A stretch of 60,581 bases of DNA, filler included, from Hausera hauseri (GCA_046269625.1; 9 parts of 9 records of this genome joined end to end with filler, not necessarily neighbours in it); one strand, 5' to 3'; shown: positions 23,234-37,079, counted from the whole stretch's first letter. Translations and numbers: made by a program. The notes: a model not told the origin generated them from the letters alone.

Positions 23234-26200
23234 TGACAAAGGTGAAAACTACAAGGATGAAGATCAAGACGTAGACTTTGTGGTTTGACTATTCTGTTTT
23301 GGTATGGACCAGACCTTGTATCCCTTCAATGTATCTCTCTTTACTGTACTTGCTAAAAGTGACAGTTTTGCGATGTCTTTGTTTTTGTCTCTAGTTGTTA
23401 AGGTGTTTCGGGGGGGGGAATGTCACATTCTGTCGCGTTGAGTGCAGTGTCTTGCTGAGGCAAAATAGGCAAAGGAAAAGGAGTAATTGAAGGTAAATAT
23501 TTGAAATTGTCGAAGGGAGTTCCCAAAGATAAGGTGTTGGAGGGAAAAGTAGTAACTGGTAAAGAGGCGGGAGAAGTAAATGAAGTAGTGGTAGGGGTAG
23601 GATTAGTAGTTGTAGTGGATGTGTGAACAGAAACAGGAACAGAAGAAACTGGAGTAGGAGTAGAGACAGGAGTAGAGGCAGAAGGGAATGCAGGAGTCAG
23701 AAAATTTGTCGAAACTTCAGTTGGAGAGGTGTCATCTACAAGAAGGGCATGTTTCACATTATTTACATGGACTGCTATTTCCTTACCGTCTTTGAGAATT
23801 ATAGTGTTGTGGGAATGTAGTTGAATTAGCTTATAGGGCCCTAGATACTGCGGTTGAAAACCAAAGGGTGTTTGATTTCGTAGCCAAACGAACTGTGCAG
23901 AATACAAGTCGTCGGGTAAATACGTTTTATTGTTGTGTAGTATTCTACAAAACGAGTCTTTACTGACCGCGACAAAATGATCCTGTGCTGCTCTGATCTT
24001 TTCGTCTGTAGGCGTATTATCTAGGGCGGTCAATTCGAACAAGGAGCGAACCGGTGTTCCAAATAAGGCTTCGGTAGGTGAGCATCCTGTAGAAGTGGAC
24101 GGAGTGTTTCACCAGCCGAGCAGTACGAACGGTAGAAGTGTGGTCCAATTGGTGTTTGACTGCGCAAGGATCCGAAGTTATGTTTTCAAGGTTCGGTGGA
24201 AACGTTCGAGCAGGCAATTTGATTGAGGATGATAGGGTGTAGTATGAATATGATTTATACCTAATCGGTTGACTAATGATCTGAACAGATTTGATTCGAA
24301 TTGAGAGCCATGATCCGAGATGATGTAATGAGGGGATCCGAATCTACTAATCCACGTACGAATAAAAGTATCAGCTATTGTATCAGTATTTGTGCTCCGT
24401 AGTGGAATGGCTTCTGGCCATCGTGAGGCACGGTCCATCATGGTCAGAATAAATTGGTGGACGTTGTCTATTTGGAGAGGACCAACGATATCAATATGCA
24501 CAGTTTCAAAGCGTGATGTGCATGGAGAGTGGCATAATGGAGGTTTTAGGTGTTTTATTGTTTTATATATCTGACAAGGCACACATGTTTTAACCCATGC
24601 TTGCACATCGGAGCGCATGGTTGGCAACACTACTTGTCGTTGAAGTAGACGAAAGGTTGCTTTGGCTCCAGGATAATGTAACGAATGTACATTACGAAAT
24701 GCCTGTTTGTGTAAGGATGGAGCAAGAATTATCCAGGACTGTCCTGGTTTCGAGGTATCTAAGGCCACGTCATCAACTATCTGATGAAATGGGTGAAAAT
24801 TGGCGAAAAGTTGATCGAACCGACTGATCTAGATAAGAAATCAGCAACTAGGTTGTCCACACCCTCAATATGTTTGATATCGAAGTTGAAAGTTGATAAA
24901 TATGAAATTTGCCGTTCTTGTCGAGTGGAAGGATGCTTCATTGTCATTATATTAATCAGTGGCTTGTGATCAGTCTGTATAACAAAATGGCGTGCCGTAA
25001 GTAAATGTGAAAAATGTTTTAAAGCGAGGACTATTGCTAACAGTTCCCGGTCAAAAGTTGAGTATCTTGTTCCTGGTGGAGTTAATTTTCTAGAAAAGAA
25101 TTCTAGAGGCTGATTTTCTCTATTGTATAGCTGGTGTAGTACAGCTCCTACTGCAGTGTTTGATGCATCTGTAGTTAAAATTAACTCAGCGTCTGGTTTA
25201 AGGAATGCAGGTATTTCCACAATCTTTAACCCTTCACGTAACCCGTCAAAATCATTCACTAGTTGTGGCGTCCACATGATTTTCTGATGTTTTTTTCCTC
25301 CAATGAAGTGAACGAAAGGTGCTATAAGTTCCAAACAGTACGGAATATACTTGTGGGCGAAATGTAAGGTACCAAGAAAACTGCGCATTTCTGTGGTTTT
25401 CTTAGGTAGTTGGACATTTTTAAGAGTCTCAACTCGATCAGGTTGAGGTGAATGGCCCTCTGGTGAGATAATATGTCCGAGGAAATTAACACGTTTTTTA
25501 AAGAAATTACATTTCGAAAAATTGATTTGTAGATTAAACTGGTTAAGACGTTTGAATATAGATTGTAGATGTTCTTCGTGCTGTTTAACTGATGATGAGG
25601 CAACTAAGATTTCGTCAATATAGGGATGTGCAAAAGTGAAGTCTGAAAGTATTGAATCGATATGTCTTTGAAACGTCTGCGCAGCATTCCGGAGATTAAA
25701 AGGCATATACAAGTACTCGTAAAGTTTAAAAGGTGTGGTGACTGCTGTTTCCTCGATGTCTTCCGGTGCTACAGGAATTTGGTGGTAAGCCTTAGTTAAA
25801 TCGATCGTCAAATAAATTGAGGTAGTATTGAGTCGATGTAATATGTCCTTGACTAATGGTAATGGATATGCGTCCATTGTTGTTAACGTATTAAGTTGAC
25901 GATAATCGCCACATGGTCGGAAAGATCCATCTTTTTTGTACAACATGGAGAGGTAAAGACCATGGTAATTTAGATCTGCGGACGATACCTGATTGTTCTA
26001 GTTCCATAAATTCAGCTTCTACTGCCTGTTTGCGTCGCGGTGGCAATGGACGGACCTTTTGTCTAATTGACCTTTGATGTCTTGTAATTATTTGGTGTAA
26101 ATGCTATTTACTGGAGTGAAATTCCTATCTTTCTGAAGTATCCGAGGACAAAAGGCATGAACAAATTGTTGTAGACTTGAGGGTAATTGTTGGAATGTTG

Positions 26201-27073
26201 AACTGATGATGAACCGAAATTGCTAGCAGTACTTGGTATATGAATAGTTTTTATGAGGAATCAAGTGGAGCGTGAAGTAGGATTGCCTGGTCCGGAACTG
26301 TGTTTGAGCAAGTGTTAGTGTTCAGTGATTTTACAGAAAATACTAGATTGTTATTGTGAGCAGAACGAAGTACCGAGTGTTTTAAAACAGATGGCTTATT
26401 TAACGTGGACTGTGTTGTCGTTGTGATGCTGTCTATTTTTGTATTAAGGTTTTCAAATGTATTTGCTTTCAAACAGCGTCGTTTACAATCAACTAGTAAA
26501 TTGTAATTTGAAAGGAAATCTGAGCCAAGTATTGCAGTCTGGACGTTAGCGACTGTAAACGTTTAATGAAATGACGAGGACAAATTTTGTAGAGTGAAAG
26601 AAAGTTTGCAGGTTCCGGCGACACGAAGAGTTTTACCAGATGCAGTGTATAAAGGTTTTATTTTAGATGAAACATGTTGAACCGGAAAAGAAAATGGAAG
26701 CAGTGATATCGCTGCACCAGTATCGATGAGAAAATCTATGGATTGGATATTTGGATTGGAGATAGTAGCTTTTAATGTGAAAACGGCAAATAAAACGTGT
26801 CGGCTAAAAAAATTAGATAGGTTGCCATTGCCAGTATCTGCCGAGAATACTGGTGGCGAAATCAGTGTTTTTGGATTGGTGAATTAGAACGGCTGCTATA
26901 AGAGATGTTGGTACGTCTATCGATGGAATAGTTATTTTAGTTTTGTATGTACGGCCAGAAATACAATTCCGAACATTAGGACCGAATTTTGAATAGTAGA
27001 CGCAAATTATATTACTTGAATCTAGATTTGGCGAATAATATTTACACCCTAAGCAACACTTATTTGCGTTGTT
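22735..27073 (-). mobile_element. Ty3/Gypsy LTR retrotransposon (lineage 1, copy 1): Gag C-terminus, PR, RT, RNase H, integrase, PPT, probable 3' LTR
   Basis: FLIDTGAAISLL (~26730); RT RPCGDYRQLN...MPFNLRNAAQTFQR...YIDEIL; RNase H LTTDASNTAVGAVL...DRELLA...TDHKPL...ADFLSR (24777-25946); integrase HSLHYPG...CVPCQ...VHIDIVGPL...ERFHRTLK (24178-24768); GPY module (23398-24042). Confidence 0.96.
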
Positions 27074-27173
27074 NNNNNNNNNNNNNNNNNNNNNNNNNNN
27101 NNNNNNNNNNNNNNNNNTTAATTAATTAANNNNNNNNNNNNNNNNNNNNNNNNNNNNNNNNNNNNNNNNNNNN
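27074..27173. other. Artificial scaffold linker
   Basis: N44-TTAATTAATTAA(27118-27129)-N44. Confidence 0.97.
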
Positions 27174-28619
27174 TTTTCTGGTGAATACAATTTTCGGCCA
27201 TGATCAACATGTTTGGGTACTGTTCTTCTTTTACTACATCCTTTATAAGTGCCTTTGATTCCGTTGATATCTTTCTTCCCTTTTGCAAAACGTTAACTTC
27301 GGTCATTTTTTCTTTGTTGCTTGGGGTGCTTATTGTTGTTTCTTGGTTCAATTGGTCATTTAGAATTTTTTGTTCGCTCTTCTCCGATGTGCCTTTTCTT
27401 CCGACGATATAATCAAAAAGTGACTACCATTTCTTTTCTATTGGGGCTTACTCAACTTTCGCCTTCTTTGATTTTGATTCTTGTGGAGTTTCTTTCTTTT
27501 TCTTTATTTTCTTCAGAACTTCTGATATTTTGAATTGTTCTTTTTCTGATATTTGACCTATCGGTACGTCTGAATTAAATCCGTAACTGGTACTTGGACG
27601 ATTTGTTCCTTCGCGTATAGTCCTTGAGTTGTCGAACTGTTTTAGTTCTGTCCATGTGGGAATCGTAACTTGGAAATTGTATCCTTCCACTGGATTAATA
27701 GTTTGTGTTGGGGAATAAGCGCGGTAATTTCTTAGGTGTTTATGGTTTAGCGTTTCTGGACTAGTAGTGCTACGAAGATGTTGTGTTAGGTTTCCTGGTA
27801 ATTAGTCACGGTTCCAGTTTAACGCCACATAAATGTCGTTAAGATATATTGTTTGTTTTGTCCTACTGATAATAGTTTCCGTATACGAAAAAATCTGCCG
27901 CTTGTAGCTTCCAACATCAGTTTAAATCGAATTTCGACGGTTGGGGGCAAACACTCGATTTTCTGTTGTAATGTGGTTCCTAATAGTATTTCTACCACCG
28001 GGTGCATCTCTGTCTCACATATTCCTACTATGTTCTCAAGTTAATATCCATCTCCTCTATAATTTTCTGGAGTTTATATCCAGCGATTATGCAACCGCAT
28101 ATGGCATGATTTATTTCATCTTTGAGTATTTTCATATTCTTTCCTTCGGTGAGATTTTGTTTTCATTCCGTTAAGGTCTGGAAATTTTTTCCTGAATCTT
28201 TCCGAAGTGCAATGACTTTAGAAAGCGTGTCAGTTCCGCTTATTTCTGATTGAAATTTCAACGGGGACATTAAAACCTTTTTTGTCTTTTCCACAGTTTA
28301 TCGCCATTATATGGACGTTTCGTTCATCTTGAACTAGTCGGTATGATCCTAGATGTTGTTCTACATGTTCTTTTGATGGTAGTTGTTGATATTGTTAAGG
28401 GGACAAAATGATGAAATACATCCCGTTCGTAATTTCAAACATAATTGTCGTTGAAAGTGGATAGATATCTTCTACAGAGAATATGTCCCGTATCCATTGG
28501 GTATTTATTTTTGGCTCATATGATGCAATAAATGATAGTGAAAGAATTATTTGAACGTAAAATGTTGGTCTAGCAATTATTGAAAAAGTTTTTATTTCTT
28601 TTCTACTTTAATCCGAATT

Positions 28620-31600
28620 TTTGTTAATCGAGCATAAATTATAGCGTTTATTTAGCCTTATTTCCGTTTTAACAAATTTTAGTACTGACGCAACTTCTTC
28701 TTTACAATTTTTGTTAATATAGACTGTAGTTGGTGTAGTTTCGTAGTTCGTATGGTCATCTTCCAGTACGAGTAAATTTCAAAGATGTGTCTTTTTTGGC
28801 TACTAGTTACTGTATGTAAATCCAATTTCCTTGTTCTAAGTCGTGCGGCTTGGCCTTTTTTATCGCACTTCTTCTTTAACTGTTCTTGATATACTTAAGA
28901 TAACTCTTTTTCTATTTCCCAACACTTTTGTAATCTTGTCTGCAATACTTTGATGAAATTCTGTTTTAAATCTTCAGGATTTAACATACACGGTGTCATT
29001 CCTAAATCCGTTGGTAATTTGGCTTGTCTTCTATTCATCATGAAAATGGTGTAAATCCAGTTGCGGAATGTGGCGTGGCATTTATAGCAAATTGAGTACC
29101 TTCTAAAACTTTACCACAATCCTTCTGATCTTTTGCGACTACTGTTGACAAAATTCGTATAACCGTTGCGTTTATTCGTTGAACTATCCAGTTACGTTGA
29201 GGATGATAGACTGTCGTAGTTAAACGTTCTACCTCAAATATTTTGATAATTTGGTGAAATAATTCACTTGTAAAATTCCTTCCTGGATACGTCAAAATCT
29301 GTTCAGGTGGACTATATCTACAAGTAATTTTTCTTACTACGGCTTCTGCAAGGGTCTCAGCTTTTTGATTGATTAATGCTATTAATTCCACAAAGTGAGT
29401 TAGTCTGTCAATACATGTCAGAATGTATTTATTACTTTTGTGAGTTGCAGGTAATGATCCTACAATATCCATGAACACTGCTAGCATCGGCTTATCCGGT
29501 TCAGCAATATAGTTTCGCACTTTTCTTTGTTTATTAACGCATGCTTCACAAGCGTTTACCCATTTTTTCACATCAATATAAATGCGTGGCTAGTAATATT
29601 TGTTTAATATTCTTTCTAATGTCTTTTTCCAAGACATGTGTCCAGCTACGTACGAGTCATGTTTGACTATTAGCACTTCAGTTCGTAAACCTTTTTGTAT
29701 AACTACCAATTTTCGTCCTTTACGTTCGTAATTTAAAACATTTCCGTGACTTGATACACAATATTTATGATCGTGTCTGTATAAATGTTTTCTTAACTGG
29801 TGGACTTTTCCTGCAAATTCAATAATTTCTTGGATAACTCTATCCTTCTTCTGTTCTATCGAAATCATAATTGCTTTACCCATCGTTAAAGCTCGTTGTC
29901 TATCTACTAACTCTTCGGATTGAGTTTTCTCATTACAGAAACTGCGTTTGTTTTAGTTTTTATTCTAGATAGTACATCGGCATCGACATCTTTACTTCCG
30001 GGCTTATATTGGAATTCGATATTATATCGTGAAATTTTATCAATCTATCTATTGAGTATACACGTCGCATTATTCGCTTTTCCTTTTAAAGCCATAACGG
30101 CATTATGATCAGTAACAATTATAATTTTTTGTCCGTAGACGTAAACGTTGAAATATCGTAGAGCTTCTTTTACAGCTACCGTTTCTAACTCTGACTGAAT
30201 AATTTTTCTCGGCTTTCTTCAGTGATTGTTCGCCATAGGCGATTGGGTGTTCTAATTCCTCATCGTCACGTTCCTGGGCTAATTCGTATTCAATGCCTTC
30301 TGTACTTTCATCCATGTTAATTATCAGTGACAGATTAAATTCAAGATATTTTAAAACAAGTTTGCTTGTTAGAATTTTCTTCACTTCATCGGAAGCTTTT
30401 TGTTCGACATGTGTCCATTTCCATTTAATTCCTTTTTAGAAGGCGATACAATGGTTCATTTATTTTCGAATTATCTGGTACGTATGTAGAGTAGCATCCA
30501 CACAAGCCTAACCAATGTCTCAACTCTTTTTGGTTCTGTGGTTCTATACAGTTCGATATTTTGTTTAACAATGACTTATCTGGTTTCGGTCCTCCTTCTC
30601 TAATTATATATCCAAGATAAGTCAATGCATATTGAGCCCATTTTCGTTTCTTAGAATTCAACTTCAATCCTGCTTGGTCCAATCTCATGAGCGTATATTC
30701 AAGATCTTTTAAGTTTTCCTCTTCCGTCCTTGACGCGATCGTTACGTCGTCCAAATATGCAAATGCGTGCTCCAGTCCCATCAGCATTCTGTTCATCATT
30801 CGAGTCAAAATAGCCGGTCCGGCTGTTATCCCGAATGGCATAACGTTAAATTCGTATACGCCATCATGAATTAAAATGCTGTTTTATAGCAGTCTTTAGC
30901 CTCTATCTGTATCTGTCAATATCCGAATTGCAAGTCTAGTGTGGTAAACCATTTTGCTCTGGACAGTCTATCCAGGTCTTCTTTTACTGATGGTAATGGA
31001 AAAGAGTCTTTCATCATAAGGGTATTCAACGCTCAATAATCGATGTTTTGTGGAACCTTTTTTTCTAACCATGAGTATAGGTGAACAACAAGGTCTATAA
31101 CTTGTCTAATTATGTCGGCCTTAAGCATTTGTTCAATTTCCATTGTTATTCCAGGTCTAATGAGTGCGGCGGAGGATACCATTTCGGCATCTTTTGTTCT
31201 TCAAGATCGATTTCATTATTTAAACCAAGCTTTTTCTTAAGTGGAATCGTTAACCTCAGAGCTTTAGCTCTGCCAATATTTTCTTAGTCTTTAGAAATAA
31301 TTGATTTATAACGACACAGGGGATTGTAAAAGCGACAATATGATTCTTGTGAGAACCTAGTTTCAACATTAGGTGAAAATTCGGCATATTTATAAGGTTT
31401 TTCCTCAATAGTGATCGACGATACTTTATACGTGTGACCCAAAGTAGTGTTAGAGTAAAATTGTATTTAGGTTGGCGCATTGTCAGTTATTCTGATCGGT
31501 ACACGACCTATTGATAATCTAGTTAATATATTACTGAGCACGATACTCGGGTTTAACTTTTCTTTTAGTTCGAAATATACTGGGTCATTGTCGTCTTGGC

Positions 31601-31920
31601 AAATTTGTGCGTAAATCAGCATCTCTGTTCTGGGTGAAATATTCTCAGCCACAGGAATCCATACTTCGCCCAATTTTTTATCTTTAGTAGTTTTTACTCC
31701 CTTTATTTGTCAAAATTCTATTAATTTTCCAGCAAGAAAATCTATTGCTACATTTGGTAATTGTCTTTACAAATTGCATCTCAATACTACATGATCCGTT
31801 AACTGTTCCGTTATTAAAAATTCATAGAGAAAAGATTGTCTCGTTATGTAAATTTTCGGATTCCGTCGATTTTTACCTTTTGATAACTTTCCAAAAGCTT
31901 CAATGTTTCCTGGAGCTGTT
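28620..31920 (-). mobile_element. Ty3/Gypsy pol (lineage 2), heavily decayed: RT, RNase H, integrase
   Basis: SFPLPSVKEDLDRLSRAKWFTTLDL (~30960), MPFGITAGPAIL...YLDDV (30425-30841), HPIAYGEQSLKKAEKNYSV, HDSYVAGHMSWKKT...CEAC, FMDIVGSLP...CIDRLTHF...YHPQRN...NATPHSATGFTPF. Degenerate GPY module near 28760. Confidence 0.93.
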
Positions 31921-32020
31921 NNNNNNNNNNNNNNNNNNNNNNNNNNNNNNNNNNNNNNNNNNNNTTAATTAATTAANNNNNNNNNNNNNNNNNNNNNNNN
32001 NNNNNNNNNNNNNNNNNNNN
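31921..32020. other. Artificial scaffold linker
   Basis: N44-TTAATTAATTAA(31965-31976)-N44. Confidence 0.97.
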
Positions 32021-32669
32021 AGAGTAGGTATAACGGATAAATTGTAGGCAAAACTTACAGAGTACAAGTGAGTAAGTGATTGGATGAGAACGGAGCACTT
32101 ACGGGTGCATATCAGTGGCGAAGATGTTGACCCTTGGACTAAACCATATAAATTAAATGGAGATTAAGTAAGGGATTTGTATGAATGGTATGACACTCTT
32201 TTTGTCAAGAAATATTTCAGATTATCAGAACACCGACCAGACGTGGCCGAAATCTGACGGCAGCAAGCCAAAAGCCCTTCTTGAACAGACCAGAAAGACG
32301 AAGAGGCACGAACTGAGGTCACAGTGATTTGTTGTTATTGATGTTTGAACTCAATTAAAGAAAAAGGGATGCTAGTAGCAAAATTATTACTTGTTTAAGG
32401 GAAATAACTCTGTATTAAATTTTATTTTAATATAGTGATAATAGCTTCACGAAAGTCCAAAATTTTACCCAACCTCTATTTTTTTCAGATACCACCATAA
32501 AGATTTTACAAACTTAAACAAAGAAACATACTCTTATGATTGTAATACAATGATCGTAATATTTTTATTTAGTTTAATAAATGTATATCAGTTTTTTTGT
32601 TTGTTCACATAGTTTTCTTAAATAACTAATAAGTGCCGGTACTTGCGTGAAATTTCCTACGATATCTGG

Positions 32670-35600
32670 TTTTTGTTTTTTTTTTAAGTGTAATAAAACA
32701 TAATTAAGACAACCCTGTGGTTCCAGGATAAACATTGGGTAAACCAATGTCCCACTGAAAAAAAAACCAGGGAAGAGGACCAAAACAAAGAAGCAGCAAA
32801 CGTTAACGAGAAGCAAACGGAAAATTCGCAAAAGACAATCTCAACACGAAGAACAGTGGGAATAAAACAGAGGTAGAAACCCCAGACCAAAAACATAAAC
32901 AAAAGTTTAGTAAACGAAGAAAGCGACCGAGCAGTGCTATAATACTTGGTGTACGTATTCGTGGGATACCTTTTCAGAGACTTATTGTAACAAAGTCTAC
33001 AAATCGGGATGCACTTGGCGCTGGATTTGTCAATGTGTCTGATAGGGGTCATGTTGTAAATTAGACGGTAGGTGATTTCTTTGGATCTGGACGAAACTGG
33101 TGTGGAATGTAAATTTGTAAACACCGTTTTATGATCGGTGATAAAATATTTGTAACCTTGTTTGATACGGAACAAGAGGGGTGGAGCTTGTGCTTTTACA
33201 AGGTCTTTGTATATCTGTCTTGTGGGTTGGTGAACTAGGTGGTCTTTTTTGTGGATGTAAGATACGCATTCCTGGTAAAAAGGTGGCAGTTTACCAAAGT
33301 AATGGGGTGTTGTGTTGTTGTATTTACACCATTTTACAAGATTTAACCCGATGTAATAATGAGCTAGGGGGTAAGCACGTGCGTTCTGAATTACAGTCCC
33401 TACGTATTTAATACGAAGTGCTTGGATCTTAGTTTGAATATCTTGTAGTCCGATTCCCCCATCTTCTTTCTCTTGTATGAGTGTTTTGTGTTGAATGTTG
33501 GATATGGTGTATAGAAATATATATCTTCTGATAAGGTGGTTGATTCGCGTAATTGTTTCAGCTGGAGGCGTGAAGATGTTAGCTTTGTACGTTAGTTTTG
33601 GAATGATGTATGTGTTCACTACCAGGCTTCTGCCAAAGATAGTCAATCTTTTGTATTTGTATCTGTCAAGCAAGGATTTTATTTTTATTACTAGCGTTGT
33701 CCACGTGGCTGAATTGCTTTGTGTGGGCTCTGCAAAGAAGTCGATGCCAAAAAGTTTGATTCTGTCTTGTTGTGTGAACGGGAAGGGGAAATCTGTTTTA
33801 TGTTTCCACTGACCAATACCCATCAAGGTTGATTTCTGTATGTTAATTTTTGAGCCACTAGCTGCGCAGAAATCATCGAGAACACCTAGTGTGTTTCTGA
33901 TTGCTCCTATGCTGCTCAGTAGAAGGGTAGTGTCGTCTGCATACGCAATGAGTTTGCGTTCCCCACTTCCTGGTATTTTTATGCCTGTGATCCGATCATT
34001 TTGCCTAATTGCTTCCAGCACTGGTTCTAAGGAGAGAATGTACAAGAACGGTGAAAGGGGGCATCCTTGTCTAACGGAACGTGTAAGCAAGATCGGCTCA
34101 CTGACTGTGTGATTAACTAACAGTCTACTTTCTGGATTTCTGTATAAGATTCTTACCCATAGTTTGAAATACTCGCCAACATTGCAGTGTTGTAATACTT
34201 GGTGTAAGTATTCGTGGGATACCCTATCAAAGGCTTTTTCCTGGTCTACAGACAGGATCGCCGCTTGAATATTTTTTTGGTGTGCATATTCTATAATATC
34301 ACGCATGAAGTGTGTGTGTTGTATGATATTACGCCGTGGCACGTTGGCTGCTTGGTCTTCGTGTATCAATGTGTGTATAACCGGTTTTAATTTGTTTACT
34401 AGGGTTTTTGCCAGTATTTTGTAGTCAGTATTTAATAGAGAGATGGGTCTGTAGTTCTTTAATACGGTTCTATCACAGTCTTTCTTAGGTATTAGGGTTA
34501 TGTATGCGTGTGTGAGACTGGGTGGAAGTTCTTGTTTTGCGACTATTTCCTCTGTTACCTTTAAAAATAGTGGCCCCAGTAAAGGCAGGAAATGTTGATA
34601 GAATTCGACTGTCAGACCGTCAGGTCCAGGTGTCTTGTTCTTTTTAAACGATAATACCGCGGCCTTGAGGTCTTCAAGCGTCAAGGGTTTGTCTAATTCT
34701 TGTTTGTCGTGATCACTAAGTTGTTTTGTGTATAAGAGGAAGTGTTGTTGTGCATCCGAGAGAGTTGTTTCAGCACTGTACAGTTGGGAATAAAATTTGT
34801 GAAACACGTTACAGATGTTTGTGTTGTCGTGTTGTATTTGCCCGTCCGTATCTACTATTTTAAGTATTTGTCTGTTCCGCTGTATATTTTGTTCAATGCA
34901 TAAGTATTGTTTATTGGGGGTTTCTTGTGTAATGATGGGTAATCGGGTCCTGATCTGAGCGCCCTGGTACCTATAGGTGTAAAGGTTGTCTAGCTCTTCT
35001 TGCAATATGTGTATGTGTGGTGAAGATCTGTCAATCTCTTTTGTTAGCTTGATAGCCTGTTGTAACATTTGGGCTTTACGTTTGTTTTGTCTGTGTATGT
35101 GTGTAGCTAAAGCTTGTGTTCTGTCCTGATTGTATTTTTTAATAGGTCCCAGTAGGGTAAGATATTTTCCGTGGGTGTGTCTTGTATGTATGTTTGTATT
35201 AACTGGTGTATGTGTTTTGTGTAGTATTCGTTTTGCAGTAAGGTGTTATTGAACTTCCAGTGGGGCGATTTGTGTGTGTGTGAATTGGGGGTAGTATTTA
35301 GGCTGACTAGTACTGCTTTGTGGTCAGTGAACTGTGTAGTGTGTGAGATGTGTCTCGCTTCAGTGATTACGCAGTTTTTTTGGAACATAGATTCTGTCTA
35401 ATCGTGACTTGCGTTGTGAGTTTGCCGTGTTCTCAAAAGTCGTTTCTTTGCCATCTGGCTGTATGTGTCTATTAGCATCTATCAGCCTGTGACTGTTTAT
35501 TATGTTCTCTAAGATTTGGTACTGTGAAGGTTGTTCTGTGTTGCGATATACTATTCGTTGGACAAAGGGGGCATTCGTGACGTCTAAGGGGGATAGTACG

Positions 35601-35810
35601 CAGTTGAAATCGCCGCCTAATATTATACTAGTACCTCTGTGACTATTGTTTAAGAAATCAAATAATTACTACTGGTAGGATACAGCAGCTGCGTACTGTA
35701 CAAGGCAGCTCTGTAGTGGTTGTCACCCCTAGCGGAACATTTATATGGGCGCGAATGTATGTAGATACAGAGTAGATACTTAGTGTGTGCTAATCGTCTA
35801 CGTGTTAATA
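32670..35810 (-). mobile_element. L1/Tx1-clade non-LTR retrotransposon ORF2 (APE endonuclease + RT), 5'-truncated, with 3' UTR and A-rich tail
   Basis: Endonuclease motifs IILGGDFNCVL (~35610), SRLDRIYV (~35395), FTDHKAV, WKFNNTLL. RT in ORF 32684-35068: KTPGPDGLTVEFY, NYRPISLLNTDYKILAK, DQEKAFDRVSH, RQGCPLSP, YADD, GGIGL. A-rich tail on the minus strand at 32670-32685. Confidence 0.95.
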
Positions 35811-35949
35811 CTTTCCTTGCCTCAGATGCCGGCACCTAAATGTCACTGGGAGATAGAATTGTGCCGTGGAAAGGGGAATATGTTGGTGTTAGTTTCTACA
35901 TTGAGGGGACATAATCCCATTGGAGGGAACCGCGATAACGTAGTGGTTA

Positions 35950-36370
35950 GTTGTTTACTCGTTTTCGATCCTAACTATGATTGAGATCATGAACTGGTCT
36001 TATAAAACCACCATCTTCAACTAAACAGAATAGCTGCAAATATTCAATAATCATAAGTACTACGTCCTTGTGAAGCAACTGTTTCCTGGGCACTGTATAT
36101 TTACTCAGTGTATCCAGTGTTGCTGTAATCGTCGGCTGAACGGTAGCCTGTAAATGTGTATAGGTAATGGTTGTGATCTGGGCTTGTGGGGATGTTGTGT
36201 TTACCTTTACAGGTGGAAACAATTCTACACATTCTACTTGATATCTCATTTTTGAATGTTTTAACAAATGACGGTGCTACTGGCAAATTTCATTCAGTAT
36301 TTACGGATATGATAGACCATTGAATCCCTATTTCTTTCCACACCGAACTACTATTACATCTTTTAGCCAT
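35950..36370 (-). mobile_element. hAT (ZBED/Ac-like) transposase N-terminal remnant
   Basis: MAKRCNSSSVWKE...SST../HLLKHSKMRY is a degenerate BED finger. It is followed by QPTITATL...LMIIEYLQLFCLVEDGGF, resembling the hAT MI-x2-D-x-QPFS-x-VED-x-GF motif. A possible hAT-like terminus CAGGGG starts at 36615 (minus). Confidence 0.65.
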
Positions 36371-37079
36371 TATTAAAGTCCAAAGTAAAAAACTGAACTC
36401 AAATAAACACAGAAGTAAAATAAAGTTAAACTGTTAAATGCGGCAAATTCAGAATACAAACTGAAAGGTGGGGGGAGGGGGTACAAATTTGATGAGCTGA
36501 TACGAACAGACGAACTCGTATACGGTTGTGGAATTAATTACTTGACACAAACTCTTGGTGTAATGACTTGACAATTTTAACCCAACGTTTCAATTATAAC
36601 TGATTGTTTCCCCTGAGAGGTGACGTTCGATGACTGAAGATCAAAGACAAAAGAAACCGAGTGAACAGATCCGGTTGTCTGTTCTCGGTTTGTGAAACGG
36701 GTCCTCGGACTCACTTTCATAATTGGCTTCAAGAAAACCAAGTAGGCTACTCAGTTTAAACTGAGGTTTTCAGGAACCGAGTAACTCGGTTCTGTGAGTA
36801 GATCCAGTTTAGCCGGATCTAGATTCGGTTTTTGCCTAGTACTAGTTTTAACTGGATAGTCTGAAACAAAGAAATTGACCCCTTTAATAGTTAGAGATAT
36901 CCAAGCAGGATAACAGTTGCACAGAGTGGCAGACAGTTGGAGACTCGCAGTCATATGGCGACAGTCATACAGAGACAACCATACAGAATCTGGAACATTA
37001 CCAGGTATTGACCAGGTATAATATCACTCTCAACATTCAGAGACATCCGGTCTGGCTTGCACTGTCCAGGCAACACATA

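Noticed and set aside
32021-32580. Possible coding remnant at the start of scaffold E
   Set aside because: The frames I read are short with multiple stops and no recognisable motif.
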